Of a DNA stretch of 20,000 nucleotides, positions 16,038-20,000 are shown one piece after another. Source of the stretch: an uncultured virus (IMG/VR IMGVR_UViG_3300023109_000019) (Duplodnaviria > Heunggongvirae > Uroviricota > Caudoviricetes); IMG/VR virus record IMGVR_UViG_3300023109_000019; one strand, written 5' to 3'. The notes below the pieces were generated by a model that searched no databases, was not told the origin of the DNA, and saw nothing but the letters and a program-made list of their open reading frames with translations. Numbering within the stretch: position 1 is the stretch's first letter; the number at the start of each line of letters is the position of its first letter. Position numbers and translations under genes: made by a program.

Positions 16038-16953
16038 TTTCTTCCCTCAAAATTTCTTTAACTCGTTTAGCATACACCGTATAGAGTGGTGTTTTATCAG
16101 TTGGTAGATAATGTATATATGCAGGGAAGGTTTTAAAATTTAACACTGCGTCGAGTTTTAGAACCGTAGTCCAAATACGTACGTCACTACCAAACCTACT
16201 TACCTCAAATCCATTCTCTGATAACCATCTATAATAAATTGCATATATGTTTTGTTCTATACACCAAAACTTTCCACCCATAGATCGGTTATTACCTGGA
16301 GTTCCATACTTTGGTATAACAGAACCACCATAACCTTTTTTGTTTTTATACTTGTGTACACCTTCCATAATAAGAACATACATATCTTTACAAGCTGCTC
16401 TTTTAAAGAACTCAAGATAATGATCGTTTCTTGTATGTACAACCTGACCAGAATTCATACTAAAATAAGGTTTGGTTCTCATTGTAGTAATATCAACCTT
16501 ATCCTTATAAATTGGATCAAGTACTACTTCTACAAACTTACCCATAATACCTAATGCAGATTCGTTATAGAATACATAAGGTTCAAAGAAATAGTGGTCA
16601 ACAGGCTTGAGTAATAACGTATCGTCATCAATCATCATTGCTCTGTTGATGTTTAATATTTCATGTACATAAGGAAAGACCAACCATTTGATTGCCACTC
16701 CATATACATCAAGTATTCGTAACAACCACTCTTCATCAAAGAAATGTTTTACTTTAGCAATCACATCAGTTGCATAGTGAATTGTTATCTTATCTGATAT
16801 ACTTTCTACGTTATATGTACAATTCCGATCATCTAAGATAACATGCAAATTCATATATGTATCTTCGTCGTATACATTATACATCTCAAGAAGGTTTTCA
16901 ATCCTTGAGATTTTATTGCTTACTATAAATATATTATTAGCCTGCATATTCAA
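16024..16953 (-). CDS. Putative GT-A fold nucleotide-diphospho-X transferase (GT8-like)
   Basis: AMMIDDDTLLLKP (DxD), MNSGQV, CIEQ and YIHY features seen in GT8-like enzymes; overlaps both neighbours. Confidence 0.6.
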   Translation of the reverse strand: MNMQANNIFIVSNKISRIENLLEMYNVYDEDTYMNLHVILDDRNCTYNVESISDKITIHYATDVIAKVKHFFDEEWLLRILDVYGVAIKWLVFPYVHEILNINRAMMIDDDTLLLKPVDHYFFEPYVFYNESALGIMGKFVEVVLDPIYKDKVDITTMRTKPYFSMNSGQVVHTRNDHYLEFFKRAACKDMYVLIMEGVHKYKNKKGYGGSVIPKYGTPGNNRSMGGKFWCIEQNIYAIYYRWLSENGFEVSRFGSDVRIWTTVLKLDAVLNFKTFPAYIHYLPTDKTPLYTVYAKRVKEILREENVSR

Positions 16954-17977
16954 CCATATCCATTACGTCGTCAACTAACTGAATGATAAAATCTTTGTCT
17001 CCATGGTACTTATATACACGAATAATTTCAGCAGCAACAAGCGTAAGTAAGTCATACTTGTCTATATACTTATTATAAGCCAACAGTGTATCAATAGCAA
17101 GATCTTGTTCTGAAGAACTGTAACGGTTAATCATTAAACTTGCGATAAACTTTGCTATGTCAAGTTCACGACAACCAAATACGTTAGGGATAGGATCAAT
17201 TAAGAACAATTTGTCTTCATTAAACAGCATGTTCTTAACACCAAAATCTCCATGACAATATCCGTATTCTAATTCAATTGTTGCTAATTTCTCAATCACA
17301 TCATTAAATGGTTCAAGGTCTGCCAATTGAACATGACTTACTATTCTTGCGATGTAATCATCAAAGGTTAGAAACTTAGTTTGTTTAATAGAATCAAAAG
17401 CATCAAGAGATTCTTGAATCATTGCCAATGCTTTATAAGGACTGTCTGTAAAATAGTTTGGATCGTTTTCAATATAATCCATTGTAAGTGTATTACCTAC
17501 AACTCTATGAATCGTTGGAGTGTTTACAATATCACCAGTATCTTTGAACCACTTTGCTGCCTCATGGGCATTTCTTGCTGTCTTATGTACTACCTTACCA
17601 TCAGTATAGATATCAGAACCTGAGAGACCACCTTCGAGTTCTCTTATATCTGTTTCTATAAAATCTTCAGGAGTAATACCTTTGTCGTCAACATAGTATG
17701 CTGCAAGTGGTTTATCAAAAGATAGAGCATGATATTTTACATGATGTTTGTTTAACCATTCTTCGATCTGAGGACCGTACTTTTCTGATGCTTCAACTCT
17801 ACTCCTACAGGAAATAGAACCACGAGCTGTAAAGATATCAATAATCCAACCAGCTTCGTATAGTTTATTACACTTTTCTATCAGACCAAGATTAGGCGTT
17901 GCGTTTGCCCAATCTCGATCTGATGTGTATGCGAGTGTATCGTCAAAGTCAAGTACTATGCGTTTATGTAGAGACAT
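16937..17977 (-). CDS. HAD-family phosphatase fused to an APH/choline-kinase-like kinase
   Basis: N-terminal DFDDT, FTARG and KP..YYVDDK (HAD motifs); C-terminal GGLSGS, HGDFGVKN and LIDP (kinase motifs). Confidence 0.85.
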   Translation of the reverse strand: MSLHKRIVLDFDDTLAYTSDRDWANATPNLGLIEKCNKLYEAGWIIDIFTARGSISCRSRVEASEKYGPQIEEWLNKHHVKYHALSFDKPLAAYYVDDKGITPEDFIETDIRELEGGLSGSDIYTDGKVVHKTARNAHEAAKWFKDTGDIVNTPTIHRVVGNTLTMDYIENDPNYFTDSPYKALAMIQESLDAFDSIKQTKFLTFDDYIARIVSHVQLADLEPFNDVIEKLATIELEYGYCHGDFGVKNMLFNEDKLFLIDPIPNVFGCRELDIAKFIASLMINRYSSSEQDLAIDTLLAYNKYIDKYDLLTLVAAEIIRVYKYHGDKDFIIQLVDDVMDMVEYAG

Positions 17978-17978
17978 A

Positions 17979-18182
17979 TTAATTACTTCTATTTAGCATA
18001 GATCTTGTTAAACCACCGAAGAGGTAGCAGAAGTAAATAAAGAATGGAGTTGCTAATGCAAGTCTGATTTGGTCAGATGTCATATTAACAAGTTCTAATA
18101 AAGAAATAGCTGCGTATACAGAAAATGCAATTCCTAGTATTACTGCCAATCCCATTCCAAGGTCTTTCAATTTTTCTTTCAT
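17979..18182 (-). CDS. Small two-TM membrane protein (67 aa; likely start 18182 rather than 18326)
   Basis: MKEKLKDLGMGLAVILGIAFSVYAAI...; SD AAAGGA; the start lies downstream of the 18210-18238 promoter. Confidence 0.75.
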   Translation of the reverse strand: MKEKLKDLGMGLAVILGIAFSVYAAISLLELVNMTSDQIRLALATPFFIYFCYLFGGLTRSMLNRSN

Positions 18183-18209
18183 AATATATCCTTTTAAAAT
18201 AATAATTCT

Positions 18210-18238
18210 ATTATAACAAATTATCAAGTGGTTGTCAA
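18210..18238 (-). promoter_or_regulatory. Sigma70-type early promoter for the kinase-GT-CTase-BGT-MTase operon
   Basis: TTGACA(18238-18233)-N17-TATAAT(18215-18210); the -35 box overlaps the dCMP deaminase TGA stop. Confidence 0.9.
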
Positions 18239-18681
18239 TAGTAAATGTTACTAATTTCAACATTAGCTTCTGAAAACATGTTTCTTGATTTTTCAAATGA
18301 CTCTGACCATTTCTCTGGTACATCACTTGTTGCCATTACAATTCTATTTATGCCAACCTGGATAATTCCCTTTGCACAATCAGAGCAAACTGGTAATCCC
18401 CAAACATATAGAGTTGCATCTTTTAACGAAATACCATTAAAGGTAGCATTATATATGCAATTCATTTCGGCATGTACGACCAAACTATATTTAAGCTCTC
18501 GATTTTCATAACGTTCTGGTGTATCGTCAATTCCTTTTGGGAATCCATTATAACCAGTTGCTAGGATACGACGGTCAGAGTTAACTGCCACCGCACCTAT
18601 TTGTTTTGAAGGATCTTTACTCCATGTAGAGATCTCTCGAGCAACGTTCATAAAACGTTTATCCCATTTAGGATCCTGCAT
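18235..18681 (-). CDS. cd: dCMP deaminase
   Basis: SKDPSKQIGA, TGYNGFP, HAEMN and PVCSDC zinc deaminase motifs. Confidence 0.93.
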   Translation of the reverse strand: MQDPKWDKRFMNVAREISTWSKDPSKQIGAVAVNSDRRILATGYNGFPKGIDDTPERYENRELKYSLVVHAEMNCIYNATFNGISLKDATLYVWGLPVCSDCAKGIIQVGINRIVMATSDVPEKWSESFEKSRNMFSEANVEISNIYY

Positions 18682-19336
18682 TCACTAATGCCTCAACTTG
18701 GTCGAAGTGTCTTTCGTAAACATGAAAGTTAGTAGCAGTCCAAATAAGATCACCGACTTCAACTTCAAGATCATAAGCAAGTTGTCCTTGAACAAACTTT
18801 GCCCAAGCATAATCATTGTTATAACCAAAGACTGCATCGTTAGATCTCATTACATAATGGGAAATAAGTTTGCCATCACGAATCATAAACGTATTACTAA
18901 AGGTACACATAAAGTCATTCATACCGTCGCGGTTGAAATCAGTATGCATACTTGGTCGATTATAAATCATTGAAGCACGTCGGCTGTTTGGATTATTTCT
19001 CAACTCTCGAAGTACATGTTTATACTGATGACCATTCTCTTCAGAGTAAATACACCAACCATAATTAGAATTGATCTTACCTTCGTCAGAAGATATGTCT
19101 TTCCAAATCTGTGGTGTATCACCAGGAATATCATCAACATATAATGATTCAGACATGTACCAATCTAGTTCACGTTCAATATACTTATATGCAGGTTTAC
19201 GAATTACGTAGTCTTCATCGGCAAGAAACGATTCACCAAAGACTTCGATAGTTTTTGCACCAGTACGATCAACAGTAAAATCTTCAAGAAGATACTTGTT
19301 CATAATGATGTTACGAATGTCTTGGACTTGTTTCAT
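18668..19336 (-). CDS. gp42: dCMP hydroxymethylase gp42 (thymidylate synthase superfamily)
   Basis: DRTGAKTIE, RELDWY, DIPGDTPQIW, INSNYGW, DFMCT (catalytic Cys), MRSND..FG..NDYAW (cytosine-specifying Asp) and HVY.RHF; collinear with T4 gp42. Confidence 0.92.
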   Translation of the reverse strand: MKQVQDIRNIIMNKYLLEDFTVDRTGAKTIEVFGESFLADEDYVIRKPAYKYIERELDWYMSESLYVDDIPGDTPQIWKDISSDEGKINSNYGWCIYSEENGHQYKHVLRELRNNPNSRRASMIYNRPSMHTDFNRDGMNDFMCTFSNTFMIRDGKLISHYVMRSNDAVFGYNNDYAWAKFVQGQLAYDLEVEVGDLIWTATNFHVYERHFDQVEALVNAGS

Positions 19337-19590
19337 TAGATAGATTCCATTAACGCTTCAATATCAGATACTTCTGCAATTAGATCAGAAACATTTTGAT
19401 TATGGAAAGCTCTTGCGGTTTTCCTTAGGATTGATTTTGGGATCTGAACTTCGTCAGCCAAAGCATTGATTGCTTCTTTCTGAAAATCACGTTCGCCTTC
19501 CATTCTTGTAAAAGAATTACTCATTTCTTCCATGCAACCACGGATTCGTTTTTTGTCTTCGTCACTTGACGGTAATATCACATTGCTCAT
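19336..19590 (-). CDS. dsbA: Phage dsDNA-binding protein (T4 DsbA/GapR-like)
   Basis: 84-aa helical protein EEMSNSFTRMEGERDFQKEAI...IPKSILRK.ARAFH.Q; TAATG coupling on both sides. Confidence 0.65.
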   Translation of the reverse strand: MSNVILPSSDEDKKRIRGCMEEMSNSFTRMEGERDFQKEAINALADEVQIPKSILRKTARAFHNQNVSDLIAEVSDIEALMESI

Positions 19591-19934
19591 TATTTAGTAC
19601 TCCTGTTAAATACATCTTTAGTTGAATCCTGACCTGTAATACCTTGACGACAGTAAGAGACAAAGAAACTTGAATAGTTAATTAAATCTTTTGCTGAATC
19701 TTCAAGGGACTCAAAGTTAGGATCGTAATCATCTGACTGCATTGCTTCCATTACTGATTTCATACGTAGCATTTTTGCATGCATAATATCATGAATGGTT
19801 GTAATTCCGTTAGGATAGTAGTCAGCTTGTTGAACAGTCGAGTTTGGATTTTGATAATCTCTCGACTTTTTCAATTGAAGGTCAACGCACTCTTGTAGTA
19901 CATCGACCGAAACTGGGTTGGTTGGTTTTGTCAT
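19590..19934 (-). CDS. Nucleotide modification-associated domain 1 (DUF1599/Nmad1)-like protein
   Basis: KKSRDY...K..R...ESLEDSAKDLINY pattern; lies next to gp42. Confidence 0.7.
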   Translation of the reverse strand: MTKPTNPVSVDVLQECVDLQLKKSRDYQNPNSTVQQADYYPNGITTIHDIMHAKMLRMKSVMEAMQSDDYDPNFESLEDSAKDLINYSSFFVSYCRQGITGQDSTKDVFNRSTK

Positions 19935-19957
19935 ATAGACTCCATAATAAAAAATAT

Positions 19958-19986
19958 ATTATATCAAAGATTCTTGATAATGTCAA
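19958..19986 (-). promoter_or_regulatory. Sigma70-type early promoter for Nmad1-dsbA-gp42-cd
   Basis: TTGACA(19986-19981)-N17-TATAAT(19963-19958). Confidence 0.9.
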
Positions 19987-20000
19987 TGGAAACTTCGTAT

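Noticed and set aside
16924..16931. Exact TATAAATA on the plus strand, antisense inside the modification operon
   Set aside because: It lies within coding sequence in AT-rich DNA with no credible plus-strand gene downstream; probably chance
18183..18326. N-terminal extension of ORF 17979..18326
   Set aside because: It overlaps dCMP deaminase and spans a perfect promoter; the SD supports a start at 18182
18668..19336. Ordinary thymidylate synthase or dUMP hydroxymethylase call
   Set aside because: It has the Asp of NDYAW (cytosine specificity) and DFMCT instead of the thymidylate synthase PC motif, and is collinear with T4 gp42

Overview
This window is a fragment of a T4-like myophage genome (AT-rich, standard genetic code, probably infecting an aquatic proteobacterium). 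The left part (1-6335) holds late virion genes: gp53 and gp48 on the minus strand, and gp4, gp2, gp54, gp26, a short gp51-like ORF and a tape-measure-like protein on the plus strand, driven by T4-type late promoters. The rest (6408-19934) is all on the minus strand. It contains stress and auxiliary genes (peroxiredoxin, hsp20, a lipoprotein, tRNA-Thr(UGU), dUTPase), the replication core (regA, gp62, gp44, gp45), dexA, and a large putative cytosine hypermodification locus. That locus comprises gp42 dCMP hydroxymethylase, dCMP deaminase, an Nmad1-like protein, a HAD phosphatase-kinase fusion, a GT-A transferase, a TagD-like cytidylyltransferase, a beta-glucosyltransferase-like GT-B enzyme and a C5-methyltransferase-fold protein with degenerate SAM-binding motifs. 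Main observations: (1) the hypermodification cluster, whose two DNA-acting enzymes both end in sliding-clamp-binding-like peptides; (2) a complete -1 ribosomal frameshift signal joining gp26 to the gp51-like ORF just before the tape measure gene; (3) a ROSE-like RNA thermometer in the hsp20 leader; (4) five perfect TTGACA-N17-TATAAT promoters. All family calls come from motif recognition by eye; no searches were run.
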